A DNA stretch of 64,000 nucleotides from Coprothermobacterota bacterium (lineage in GTDB: Bacteria; Coprothermobacterota; Coprothermobacteria; Coprothermobacterales; Coprothermobacteraceae), in assembly GCA_036679065.1 (NCBI GenBank), contig JAZIGN010000003.1, forward strand, positions 160,001-224,000, read 5' to 3'. Below the pieces are notes generated by a model. That model was not told the DNA's origin. It worked only from the letters and a program-made list of their open reading frames with translations, and made no database searches. This document shows positions 9,001 to 16,745 of the stretch, one piece after another; positions within the stretch are counted from its first letter, which is position 1, and each line of letters starts with the position of its first letter. A program made the position numbers and the translations under genes.

Positions 9001-11027
9001 ACGTTGTTACTAACAGCTTTGGCTACGTTAATTCTGCCTGCACCTTGCACACGTGGACTGTAGTTTGAAATGGGCTCTGCAGTGCTAACCAAAGCCTGCT
9101 TTATCTGCTCTGGCGTCCAGTCAGGATGGGCTTGTTTGATAACAGCCACGGCGCCAGCTACGTGTGGAGCTGCCATAGACGTGCCTTGATACGTGGCATA
9201 TTGATTACCAGGGACAGAAGAGAATATGGCAACACCTGGTGCAGATACTGTGGGCTTAAACGCCATGTTGGGTGCAGGACCCCAGGAAGTAAAGCTTGCC
9301 ATAGCGTTAGGGTTAGTAGCAGCATAGCTTCTAGCAATTTCGTCACTGAACACAACCTGTAAAGAGCCGTCTCCAGTCTGAATAGCACTTCTAAGTTTCA
9401 ACTTATCAGGACCACCTATGAATACTGCTGGAATGGTGTTAGCAGCAGTGCCCAATGCCATACTAATGAGGGAGGCATCAGTATCGTTGTTGCCTACCAC
9501 CACTCCACTGGCACCCACAGCTAGTGCGTTGTTCACTTTTTCTCCAAAAGTGCAGGTTCCTCTGTCAATTAGAAGAACCTTCCCGCTGTAGTCGTTCTGG
9601 GGTACTGTGCAGAATTGGCTGTTAGTGTCCAGTATGGTGACTGGCTGCTGATTGAACACTGAAACAGGATCTGGGGATTCAGGACTTGTTAAGTACATAA
9701 CGTAATCGTCGTTAAATTTGAGCTTTTGACCTTCCAAGACCGTACCTTGGTTGTTAACAGCTGCCACAGTAACGGCATAGCGACTTGCGCCAGGCGCACC
9801 TACTCGTGCTGGGTCTTTAATGTAGGAAGTGTACTTGCCATCTGGATTTGTTCCGATGTAATTGGGGCCCAAAGCATATTCGAAAAATGCATTGTTTCCA
9901 GCGGAAATTGCAAAGGTAATACCAGCTTCATAAGCGTTCTTTATGGCTTTCTGTTCAGGATCGGTTGGGTCGTCAAAACCTTTATCCGATCCCAGTGACA
10001 TGTTTGCGGCGACCACGTTTACACCATTCTGCTTGAGTTGGATAAGGTATTCAATAGCTGCTACTATGTCCGCACTGTAAGCATAAGGTCCATAATCGCT
10101 AAAAACCTTGCAAATGATTATCTTGGCATCTGGAGCGACACCTTTTAAGGGAACAACATTGCCATTCTTGTCTTGGAACTCCGCCATTCCAACCCCGGCA
10201 ACAGTACCAGCAACGTGAGTACCATGCCCGTTGTGGTCCATGGGGTCACTGTCGCCGTCTGCAAAATCATAGCCATAGGGGATTTTTTCATTTGGGAAGC
10301 TACTGTAACCGCCGAAGTTTTCGTGAGTGTAGTCAATACCAGTATCAATAACAGCAACATACGTTCCTGATCCAGTATAGCCTAGGTTCCAAGCCTCAGG
10401 TGCACCAATGAGCGGAGCAGAGTTAACCATGTCTGGGCTAACACCAATTTCTTGCATGCTTTCATAGGAAATTGGTTCTCCAACTATGTCCACAGTGTAA
10501 GGCTTGGAAATATAAACCTGTGCGATTCTGCCTTTTCCTGCCAGAGATAGTATGTCTTTTAGCTGATCCAAGGAAACAACGCCAGTAAAACCGTTGACTG
10601 TAGCATAAAGATCATACTGCTTAACGAAGTTCGGGACTGCTGATTTTACTTGATTCAGAGCCTCTAAGTGGATTTTATCTGCCTGGTCTTTAAATGCGTT
10701 GAGGTCAGTGTTACCACTCTCAAAAAATGGTGCCTGGTTCACCTCGATGATAACTTTGGCTCTGCCTCCAAGGGCTTTTATGCCCTCGTAAACATCTTTA
10801 GTTACGACAAAACCGCCACCAATGTCAACAGTGTCCAGTGTAACATCAGCTTTTTTGGCGCTGTCCTTAATTGTCTCAATGAATTGTTCCTTCACCTTGT
10901 CAAAGTCATCAAAGTTAACAACGTTTGAAGTAGCAGGTGTTTCAGCGAAAGCTTGCAATGGGAAAACAGTAACAACCAAAACCAGAGCCAAAACTAACGA
11001 AATGGTTTTCCTAAAATTACTCACCAC
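6054..11027 (-). CDS. Secreted S8 subtilisin-like serine protease with PA domain and C-terminal Ig/Fn-like domains
   Basis: Catalytic triad motifs VIDTGID, HGTHVAGT and GTSMAAPHVAG; PA motif 'RGTCTFGEK'; GTG start at 11027 after a GGGAGGG RBS. Confidence 0.92.
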   Translation of the reverse strand: MVSNFRKTISLVLALVLVVTVFPLQAFAETPATSNVVNFDDFDKVKEQFIETIKDSAKKADVTLDTVDIGGGFVVTKDVYEGIKALGGRAKVIIEVNQAPFFESGNTDLNAFKDQADKIHLEALNQVKSAVPNFVKQYDLYATVNGFTGVVSLDQLKDILSLAGKGRIAQVYISKPYTVDIVGEPISYESMQEIGVSPDMVNSAPLIGAPEAWNLGYTGSGTYVAVIDTGIDYTHENFGGYSSFPNEKIPYGYDFADGDSDPMDHNGHGTHVAGTVAGVGMAEFQDKNGNVVPLKGVAPDAKIIICKVFSDYGPYAYSADIVAAIEYLIQLKQNGVNVVAANMSLGSDKGFDDPTDPEQKAIKNAYEAGITFAISAGNNAFFEYALGPNYIGTNPDGKYTSYIKDPARVGAPGASRYAVTVAAVNNQGTVLEGQKLKFNDDYVMYLTSPESPDPVSVFNQQPVTILDTNSQFCTVPQNDYSGKVLLIDRGTCTFGEKVNNALAVGASGVVVGNNDTDASLISMALGTAANTIPAVFIGGPDKLKLRSAIQTGDGSLQVVFSDEIARSYAATNPNAMASFTSWGPAPNMAFKPTVSAPGVAIFSSVPGNQYATYQGTSMAAPHVAGAVAVIKQAHPDWTPEQIKQALVSTAEPISNYSPRVQGAGRINVAKAVSNNVFITYNGQPYAELGAFTGNKTITLTITNKGTTTYTANISGYVTTSLEQIVYGNQGATYTVGTVSAPSSVSVEPGASKTVQVTIQPSEAWTNIFVEGRLLFASADGARVFPFLGYFGDWAIYSERDTINGDSKWPDNNNIIDLPWWNADSWDGLTGVYYPYGDGLYYIGRKAGQFEPKALAISAGSDYSEWNERLVVGLGMLRNARALTINVLNSAGKVVKTIVSENFVRAGVSSRDSTSAALRTGWSKLWEWDGTDRNGNFVPEGQYTIRIVAMPDPLISDESELLSTQVMDIPVKVDKTPPISRLSDWQNATATLIDFEDEEFRAIVPTSTTFSLVATGTDNSSILSYYLFGANKAAGIDPANTSTFTYNILEVVLDGTGTTNWEDGTIFVDDLVAEDGAGNVGVGERVFLVYDNPNTKVGLGNLEAVADGEYLKVSFKVLNAPGATYKVTIKDTNGSVVQEFSGVVSALGPVSEEVVKYKVPAAGKYTIEVTAKDIYENTAKVTTAISLDLLKITIIPESTFMVVKQGTSTGISVVVEGPAKTGTVSLSRIAVENGEVKTTIVKSEVFSGNSFDDPTFIDDSLDAGRYQVNVEVKSAFGFVSASSRRVVIDGQAPKIDDVTVISDTGAIVVGKQINGNDIDLLVRTEQSTTGQLVLKASDDYTYFDVYLDGDHIGGWGDTGAGGEGTFFVPVNLDIGSSQTYTMELVDEAGNNSEYTLHLRIYGSGVDLPPVIDKVELKIGDETIAPENGGEYEITLPLPAEGLLTFVASDDVKVASISVKLNSTKIGDSSPVTLNFAAAGKYVVQITAIDSVGQTSTFEFTLNVAEEIVGVAFDLSLSAGTNYFGMPIYVDKTLRDILPGVNVYRRSGTSWILANDEKPMAFAVYRASLGEAKTVILEGEVFGTSSITLKRNVSNYLSIPQNSPVNANDLFGDALLSLSVITTNGTMIKVTDGIMLPGKAYVVIVSRDITINLPLSIPR

Positions 11028-11214
11028 ACATTTCACCCTCCCTTTGAATAAATCTGTGGTCAAAACTTAGGTGATCAAGTGCAAATAACAGCACCTACTG
11101 TAGGTTTGTAAATTATTATACATTACATTTTAGGTAGCACAACCATTAAAGAAGAACTACACACTTATGTACAAATATGGGAATCGGATATGGAATAAAC
11201 GATTAAATCTGCAG

Positions 11215-12096
11215 TTAAAAACTGCTAGTTAGCTTTACCAAAGGGGGCATCCAATCTACGTAGTAGCCCAGTGTTTGAGCTACAAAACGCAGGGGAACCA
11301 TGGTGGTTCCTCTTACCAGCTCAGGGGTGGTGTCCATCTCCACCGAGATGCCACCGATGATAACTGTGGTTTGATCGATGAACAAGGTAATAAAAGGTCT
11401 ATTATTCTCTGACTGCTGTTTTTCATCCATGGCAGCATTTGATACGTTATAGGGGGTGTAAATCATGACCTTTTTCATGGCGGGATCAGAAAAATCATAG
11501 TCCACAGTGTAACCCAGTACTTCTGCAAAAAACCTTACCGGCACCATGGTTCTTCCTTCCCTCAAATAGGGAGCCACAGGCAATTTGGTAGGCTTATCAT
11601 TGACACGGCACCAAGGCCTTCCTATTTGAAGCTCCACTTCCAGAGGAGACCGTTCTGGAACAGTTGATGCACTTTCTTTTAGCTGCATGGGTTTAACAAT
11701 CAAAGAAAACACCATTCGCTGATAACCGGGAACGATTACCACACCCACCAAGCGGCTTCCAGTAACTACTTCAGGAGGCAATGTTATGCGGGCTTTACCA
11801 TCCGTTCCTACTGTGGCAGTGGTTGTGTAATTGCCCACCATAACCGTTACCAGTGAATCAGGCGCTATGGCGGTGGGCGTACTGGCACTGGTTACATCAC
11901 GCAAAGTAAGGGTGACACTGGCTTCTGTGTTCTCCGTAACAGCCAATGGATATGCGGTAACCTCAAGGGCTTTAAGCGCAAGTGGTGCAAAAAATGTCTG
12001 AGCAGAAACATTTTTCATAGGTAGTAGGCTGTAGCCCAGAAGAGATAAAAACAAAACAATGCAAACAACTTTACGAAATACCCTTTTCATTGCCAT
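11215..12096 (-). CDS. Exported copper amine oxidase N-terminal (stalk) domain protein
   Basis: Signal peptide; 'APYLREGRTMVPVRFFAE' and 'TMVPLRFVAQ'. Confidence 0.8.
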   Translation of the reverse strand: MAMKRVFRKVVCIVLFLSLLGYSLLPMKNVSAQTFFAPLALKALEVTAYPLAVTENTEASVTLTLRDVTSASTPTAIAPDSLVTVMVGNYTTTATVGTDGKARITLPPEVVTGSRLVGVVIVPGYQRMVFSLIVKPMQLKESASTVPERSPLEVELQIGRPWCRVNDKPTKLPVAPYLREGRTMVPVRFFAEVLGYTVDYDFSDPAMKKVMIYTPYNVSNAAMDEKQQSENNRPFITLFIDQTTVIIGGISVEMDTTPELVRGTTMVPLRFVAQTLGYYVDWMPPLVKLTSSF

Positions 12097-12110
12097 TTAC
12101 TCTAATAATA

Positions 12111-12126
12111 CGCAACGAACGTGCCA
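12111..12126 (-). promoter_or_regulatory. Sigma54 (-24/-12) promoter
   Basis: Minus strand TGGCACGTTCGTTGCG, one mismatch from the site at 5900. Confidence 0.82.
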
Positions 12127-12151
12127 CCACAGGCTTGTAACCCTCCATTTT

Positions 12152-12739
12152 TTACTTCAGCGTTTCCAGTAAACGGTTGTAGGCTTCCTCAGCAGGTAGC
12201 AGCTCCGCACTGCTATTCAAGAAGAGCAAAGTGGGCACCTTTAGCCTAAGGAGTGTGTCCCACTGATGCGTAACCAAGAGTACCACAGCTTGATTTCCGT
12301 ATTCCTTAAGCGTGTTCTCAATCATGATGGTACTGGGCTGGTCCAAATGCGCGGTTATTTCATCCACCAAAAGCGTTTTTGGCATAAGCGCCATAACTTG
12401 TGTCAAACCCAGCATGGCTTTTTCACCGCCGCTTAGCTTCATGGCATTGAGGCGCCTTTTACTTTGCAGTGGGCTATTGTCAGGCAAGTGTTTCACATCA
12501 AAAAGACGCAGGTTGTCTTCCACGGAAGCGTTCAGTGGCTGGTAGTGTTGTGGAATGTATCCAAGGGGCTTGTCCATGTTAATTGTGCCTTCAAAAGGGA
12601 ATAAACCCATCAGTACACGTAAAAAGGTGGTCTTACCAGCACCATTTGGGCCCATGACAAGGTAAAGCCCCTCTTTAAGCTGTAGATTCACTGCAAAATG
12701 CTTCTGCGCGACGGTGAAGCGCACATCAGCGCTGAGCAC
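12152..12739 (-). CDS. tupC: ABC ATP-binding protein (tungstate transporter)
   Basis: Walker A GPNGAGKT, LSGGE signature and LLVDE; in operon with tupAB. Confidence 0.75.
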   Translation of the reverse strand: MLSADVRFTVAQKHFAVNLQLKEGLYLVMGPNGAGKTTFLRVLMGLFPFEGTINMDKPLGYIPQHYQPLNASVEDNLRLFDVKHLPDNSPLQSKRRLNAMKLSGGEKAMLGLTQVMALMPKTLLVDEITAHLDQPSTIMIENTLKEYGNQAVVLLVTHQWDTLLRLKVPTLLFLNSSAELLPAEEAYNRLLETLK

Positions 12740-13349
12740 GACTGGTTACCTCCAAAACCATGGAAGGAACTAAGCTTATAAGCAGTAGCACTACTCCCAT
12801 GGCAACAGCATTAGCAAACTGCCCCAGGTTTGTTCGGTACATGATCTCTGTTGCCAAGGTGGCGGTATAACCCACTATGGCTCCACCGCTCAAGGTGGCA
12901 GCACCTACTTCGCCAAGGATTCTACCCCAAGTTAAGAATCCGATGTTCACCAGGCTGCCGCGTAAATGCAGCATCATGGCTTTAACACGTCTGCTGGGCA
13001 GATTAACCAGTATGAATTCTTCCATATCCCGAGGCAAGTTCACACGCTGCTGCAAGCACAAACTTATTGCCATGGGCATGGCAAGTAAAAACTGCGCTAC
13101 CACCAATGCCTTGGGAGTAAAGAGCCAGCGAAGGAAACCCAGAGGGCCTTGCCTAGAGAAAAGCAAATAAACCAACAAACCAACTAACACAGGTGGAATA
13201 CTGCTTATTGCACGCCAGAAACTCAAATGTGACCACGGGCTTCTAACAAAAGAAGCGTAAAGAGTAGCAACAAGCAAAGCAAAGGCACACGCCACAGCCG
13301 TGGTCAAGACGGTAAAAACGAGCGTGCGCCCAATAAGTGCTAAATCCAC
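12726..13349 (-). CDS. tupB: Tungstate ABC permease
   Basis: 'PPVLVGLLVYLLFSRQGPLG..WLFTP' and 'GRILGEVGAA' TupB motifs. Confidence 0.85.
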   Translation of the reverse strand: MDLALIGRTLVFTVLTTAVACAFALLVATLYASFVRSPWSHLSFWRAISSIPPVLVGLLVYLLFSRQGPLGFLRWLFTPKALVVAQFLLAMPMAISLCLQQRVNLPRDMEEFILVNLPSRRVKAMMLHLRGSLVNIGFLTWGRILGEVGAATLSGGAIVGYTATLATEIMYRTNLGQFANAVAMGVVLLLISLVPSMVLEVTSRAQR

Positions 13350-13381
13350 TGTTCCTTAACTTTCAGCTGTGCCCTAAGGAA

Positions 13382-14206
13382 TTATTCCTCGTCTAAAGGC
13401 TCAAAGAAGAACTGCTGCATGAGCTCTCGTGCTTCATCGGTTTTCAAGTAGTCAGCCAGCACTTGGTACTGTGGGTCGTTATAAAGGAAGCTGTAAATGT
13501 TTTCTCCTTCTGCTGAAGTGGTTATGAAATCTAAGTTGGTAAGCTGATCTTTGTTATTCATCCAGGTAGATTGGTCGGTAAGAATGTAAGCACTTTTCTC
13601 ATTTGCAATTTGCAACGAATTGAGCATTCCAGCTTGGGTTTTTATGTACCATTCACCAAAAGTGTCCGGATCAAGCCCGATGCTCTTCCAAATGTTTCTT
13701 TCCTTTACGTCGGTACCGCTGTTGTCATTGCGGTTAACGAAAGGCAGTTGTTTTTCATAAATGACCTGAAAAGCTTCTGGTAGCGTTTTCTCTTTCACAG
13801 CGGCTGGATCGTCTTTTGGACCCACCAAGTAGAAGTAGTTTTTCATAAAAGGCATACGAGTCCAACCTGCATCAACCAAAGCTTGTTCCAGATCAGGTGC
13901 ATGTGTGATACCCACCTGTGCATCGCCGCGCTGCAGGAGTTCAATGGTGGCACCAGACCCCTGAGCCACTAAGTTGATTGTGTAACCGCTGACTTTTTCC
14001 ATTTCCTTTACCAGCACCTCAGCTAAGCCTGAATCCCTAAAAGACGTTGTAGTTGCAAGAACAATGGTACCTTTGCTACCAGGCTCTGGATAACCCGTGG
14101 ACTCTTCCTCCGTTTTTGGTTTGCTGCAACCAGCAAGCGTTACACCGAGAGCAACCAAAACCAAACAAACCAAAGAAATCTTTACCCAATTCTTTCTCAC
14201 GTACAA
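13382..14206 (-). CDS. tupA: Tungstate-binding lipoprotein
   Basis: TTTS..DSGL motif, R.DNSGT motif and lipobox LAGC. Start codon is approximate. Confidence 0.88.
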   Translation of the reverse strand: MYVRKNWVKISLVCLVLVALGVTLAGCSKPKTEEESTGYPEPGSKGTIVLATTTSFRDSGLAEVLVKEMEKVSGYTINLVAQGSGATIELLQRGDAQVGITHAPDLEQALVDAGWTRMPFMKNYFYLVGPKDDPAAVKEKTLPEAFQVIYEKQLPFVNRNDNSGTDVKERNIWKSIGLDPDTFGEWYIKTQAGMLNSLQIANEKSAYILTDQSTWMNNKDQLTNLDFITTSAEGENIYSFLYNDPQYQVLADYLKTDEARELMQQFFFEPLDEE

Positions 14207-14347
14207 CAAACGCACCCCCTTTAGCAATACTTTAATCATTCTAACATGCCCTTGCATGTGAAAGGCTGTGATATGTAAGAAATTTCATAATTGTATGAGA
14301 CAATTTATAGGTTCTGCGTAGTAAAGAAAAGAAAGGAGAAGTAGGTT

Positions 14348-14444
14348 ATGCCAGAAAACAGAAGTAATATGCCTTTTAGTGTGGATAATCATTTAACTTT
14401 AAGCGAAGGAAGCCGCATAAAGCATGTCGTAGCCGTGGTCAGTG
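14348..14444 (+). pseudogene. mrp: 5' fragment of Mrp/NBP35 (ApbC) Fe-S carrier ATPase
   Basis: AGGAG RBS then MPENRS...IKHVVAVVSG, cut at the start of the deviant Walker A (SGKGGVGKS). Confidence 0.8.
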
Positions 14445-14650
14445 GTGACCTCCTCCCACCCCTAAAAGGGGTGAGCTTCCTCTTTCACTGAGGAAAGCTT
14501 ACGCGGATATAGGGATTGCTCCCCAGTATCCGCGCAGCGGCCTCCCTCTCCGGAGGCTTGAGTTCGGGCCGGTCCAGCCCTACGGCCTGTTCAACACCCA
14601 GGCCAAGCCCCTTTCTCAGAATGACAAGTGCAGCGTTCACGTCCCTGTCG
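14445..14650 (-). ncRNA. Predicted TnpB omega/reRNA scaffold overlapping the tnpB 3' end (5' boundary approximate)
   Basis: Position at the IS right end with terminal hairpin; the guide would be the flanking CACUGACCACGGCUACGACA. Confidence 0.55.
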
Positions 14651-15723
14651 CACTTCCAGCCGCACTCGCACTCAATTACTCTGTCCCACAGGGAGAGTTC
14701 TCTCCTCTTCCCGCAGGCAAAACACTCTTTGGTGGTGGTCTCCGTCCTCTCCACGGCCACAGGCGTCTCAAGGCTGGTCCTCAACCTTGACTTCAGTCCG
14801 CCTATCCCCGAGGAGTGGATCTGCCTGCCGAAAAGCGCCGACCACCCCTTCACACAGTCGTCCTGGAATACTACCTTCCGGTATATCTTCAGAAACGCCA
14901 GGACCTTGTTTTGAGCATCTTTACGCCTGTTGTTCAGCTTTTCGTATTCCTTCCTCAGAAGAAACTGGATCCTTTCTCTGTTTCTGGAGCCTTTTTGTGT
15001 TCCGGCCAGCTTCCTCTGAAGTTGCTTCAACCTCCGCGTTTCGTGAACTTCAAAGTCTATCCTGATCCCGTTGGATAATGTCAGCTTCGAGCTGACCCCA
15101 AAGTCTATCCCGATGTCTTTATCAACTCGATTCCGGGAAGTACTACTGTCTTTCGGGAGGTAGCACGTCACATGCAGGTAGTATCCGCTGGGTTTTCGAA
15201 GCAGCACGGCGTTCGCTATCTCCGCATCAGCAGGTATCTGATGCAGACCCAGCACACGGAACTTCCCCAGCTTCTGAATCCTAACCCTGTTCCCAGCAAA
15301 GTCTAAGTTGTACGTCACGCCGTACTGCTTGAGCGGTATCGAATTGACAAACCTTTTACACTTAAGAGCTCCGACCTTGCGGCCGTTTTTCTTCAGTTTC
15401 CCGAGTGCCAGGAGGTTGTCTTTGAGCCGGTCTGCTATCTCCTGCTTTATTTGGGAGCCGAGGACGGTCAGCTCCCTCTGCTCATAACTATCTCCCGCTT
15501 TGACTTCAACCGCGCTTACCTTGTTGGCGGGAATACCTAGCCGCTCCGTGTCCGACACCAGCCAGTTGTACAGCCACTTTGCTTCCAGAAATGCTTTCCT
15601 GAGCACCTCAGCTTTCCCTTTGGAAAGGTTCTGGAGCTTCAACTCGTACACAGTGGGTTTTTGGGTTTCTCTGCGTTGTCTTGTCTCCTGGAGAGTATTT
15701 GTTATCCGTTCCACCTTGGTCAT
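14485..15723 (-). CDS. tnpB: RNA-guided endonuclease TnpB family protein
   Basis: RuvC-I GIDFG, zinc finger CxxC...CxCG and RuvC-III DRDVNAA. RuvC-II reads VFQDD. Confidence 0.92.
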   Translation of the reverse strand: MTKVERITNTLQETRQRRETQKPTVYELKLQNLSKGKAEVLRKAFLEAKWLYNWLVSDTERLGIPANKVSAVEVKAGDSYEQRELTVLGSQIKQEIADRLKDNLLALGKLKKNGRKVGALKCKRFVNSIPLKQYGVTYNLDFAGNRVRIQKLGKFRVLGLHQIPADAEIANAVLLRKPSGYYLHVTCYLPKDSSTSRNRVDKDIGIDFGVSSKLTLSNGIRIDFEVHETRRLKQLQRKLAGTQKGSRNRERIQFLLRKEYEKLNNRRKDAQNKVLAFLKIYRKVVFQDDCVKGWSALFGRQIHSSGIGGLKSRLRTSLETPVAVERTETTTKECFACGKRRELSLWDRVIECECGWKCDRDVNAALVILRKGLGLGVEQAVGLDRPELKPPEREAAARILGSNPYIRVSFPQ

Positions 15724-15728
15724 ACCGG

Positions 15729-16130
15729 TTACTTCCCTTTCTGGTCCTCAATGTACTTCCTTATGCTCTCTTCCGATATGTCTCCGACCGACTCACAGTA
15801 GTACGAGCGCGTCCACAGGGAGGGAAGCCGGCTTTTCAGGAAAGGAAACTCTTCCCTAAGCACCCTGGAGGTATAGCTCTTCAACTGATGGACGATAAAA
15901 TGAGGACTATTGGTAGGATCAGTTTTTACGAAGAGATGCACATGATCTGGCATGACCTCCATCTGAACGATTTCCACTCCAATTTCCTGGGCTTTTTGGA
16001 GCAACAGCTCCTTCAGCCGCTCAGTTACTTCACCCACCAGGACTTTGCGCCGGTACTTAGGGCACCAGATGAGGTGGTAGCCGATGTTGTATACTGTTGT
16101 GGCTGATCGTTTCCATCGTTTGCCGTTCAT
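15729..16130 (-). CDS. tnpA: IS200/IS605 Y1 (HUH) transposase
   Basis: YHLIWCPKYRR, HUH motif DHVH and catalytic Tyr in YIEDQ. Confidence 0.96.
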   Translation of the reverse strand: MNGKRWKRSATTVYNIGYHLIWCPKYRRKVLVGEVTERLKELLLQKAQEIGVEIVQMEVMPDHVHLFVKTDPTNSPHFIVHQLKSYTSRVLREEFPFLKSRLPSLWTRSYYCESVGDISEESIRKYIEDQKGK

Positions 16131-16236
16131 TGCTTTATTATACTACAAATATAGTTCTCCGCATTGCATCTAACAGTCTAAGCCAGGATGCCTTTCATCC
16201 CACCTTTGAAAGGGTGGGCTTTCCCGGCGTGGGATC

Positions 16237-16659
16237 GTAAACTGGGGCGAACTGGATTACCTGCTTGTGGACATGCCGCCTGGAACCAGCGATGTGCCGC
16301 TAACGGTGATGCAGATGCTCCCACTTCAGGGCGTAGTAGTAGTAACCTCTCCACAGGACATGGCACGTTCAGTGGTAAAGAAAGCGTACCACATGGCAAA
16401 TCAGCTTCAAGTGCCTGTGCTTGGTTTGGTAGAAAACATGAGCTACGTAACCTGCCCTCACTGCGGAGAGAGGTTTTCTGTCTTTGGTCAAAAGCCCCTT
16501 AGTGAAGCTGCTCAGGAGTTCAATGTTCAAGTATGTGCTGAAATGCCGCTGGATCCACAATTGGCAGAGCTAACTGATAAAGGAGATATTGAGAATATAG
16601 GCGAAAGCATAGGTCTAACGCTGCAAAGTATGGTGGAAGCTTTGGCATCTATGCCCTAA
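16237..16659 (+). pseudogene. mrp: 3' fragment of Mrp/NBP35 ATPase
   Basis: VNWGELDYLLVDMPPGTSD, VTSPQ and ENMS..CPHCG. Confidence 0.88.
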
Positions 16660-16691
16660 TGCAGAAAACAGTCTGCAAATTACAAAAAACC

Positions 16692-16727
16692 AAAAGGGGG
16701 AGCCCGTTACCGGGCGCCCCTTTTTTC
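16692..16727. terminator. Bidirectional intrinsic terminator
   Basis: AAAAGGGGGAGCCCG / CGGGCGCCCCTTTTTT between convergent genes. Confidence 0.75.
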
Positions 16728-16745
16728 TTCATCAACTGCTCCTAC

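Larger units (their letters stand above)
14445..16236 (-). mobile_element. IS200/IS605-family element (tnpA+tnpB)
   Basis: Left end: target TTAC (16237-16240) with AAAG guide next to the hairpin CCCACC-N-GGTGGG. Right end: GAAG guide, hairpin CACCCC-N-GGGGTG and terminal GGAGGAGGTCAC. No terminal inverted repeats or target duplication. Confidence 0.92.

Noticed and set aside
14348..16659. IStron (self-splicing restoration of mrp)
   Set aside because: No group I intron core is seen at the element end, the element is antisense to mrp, and mrp coding sequence is physically missing.
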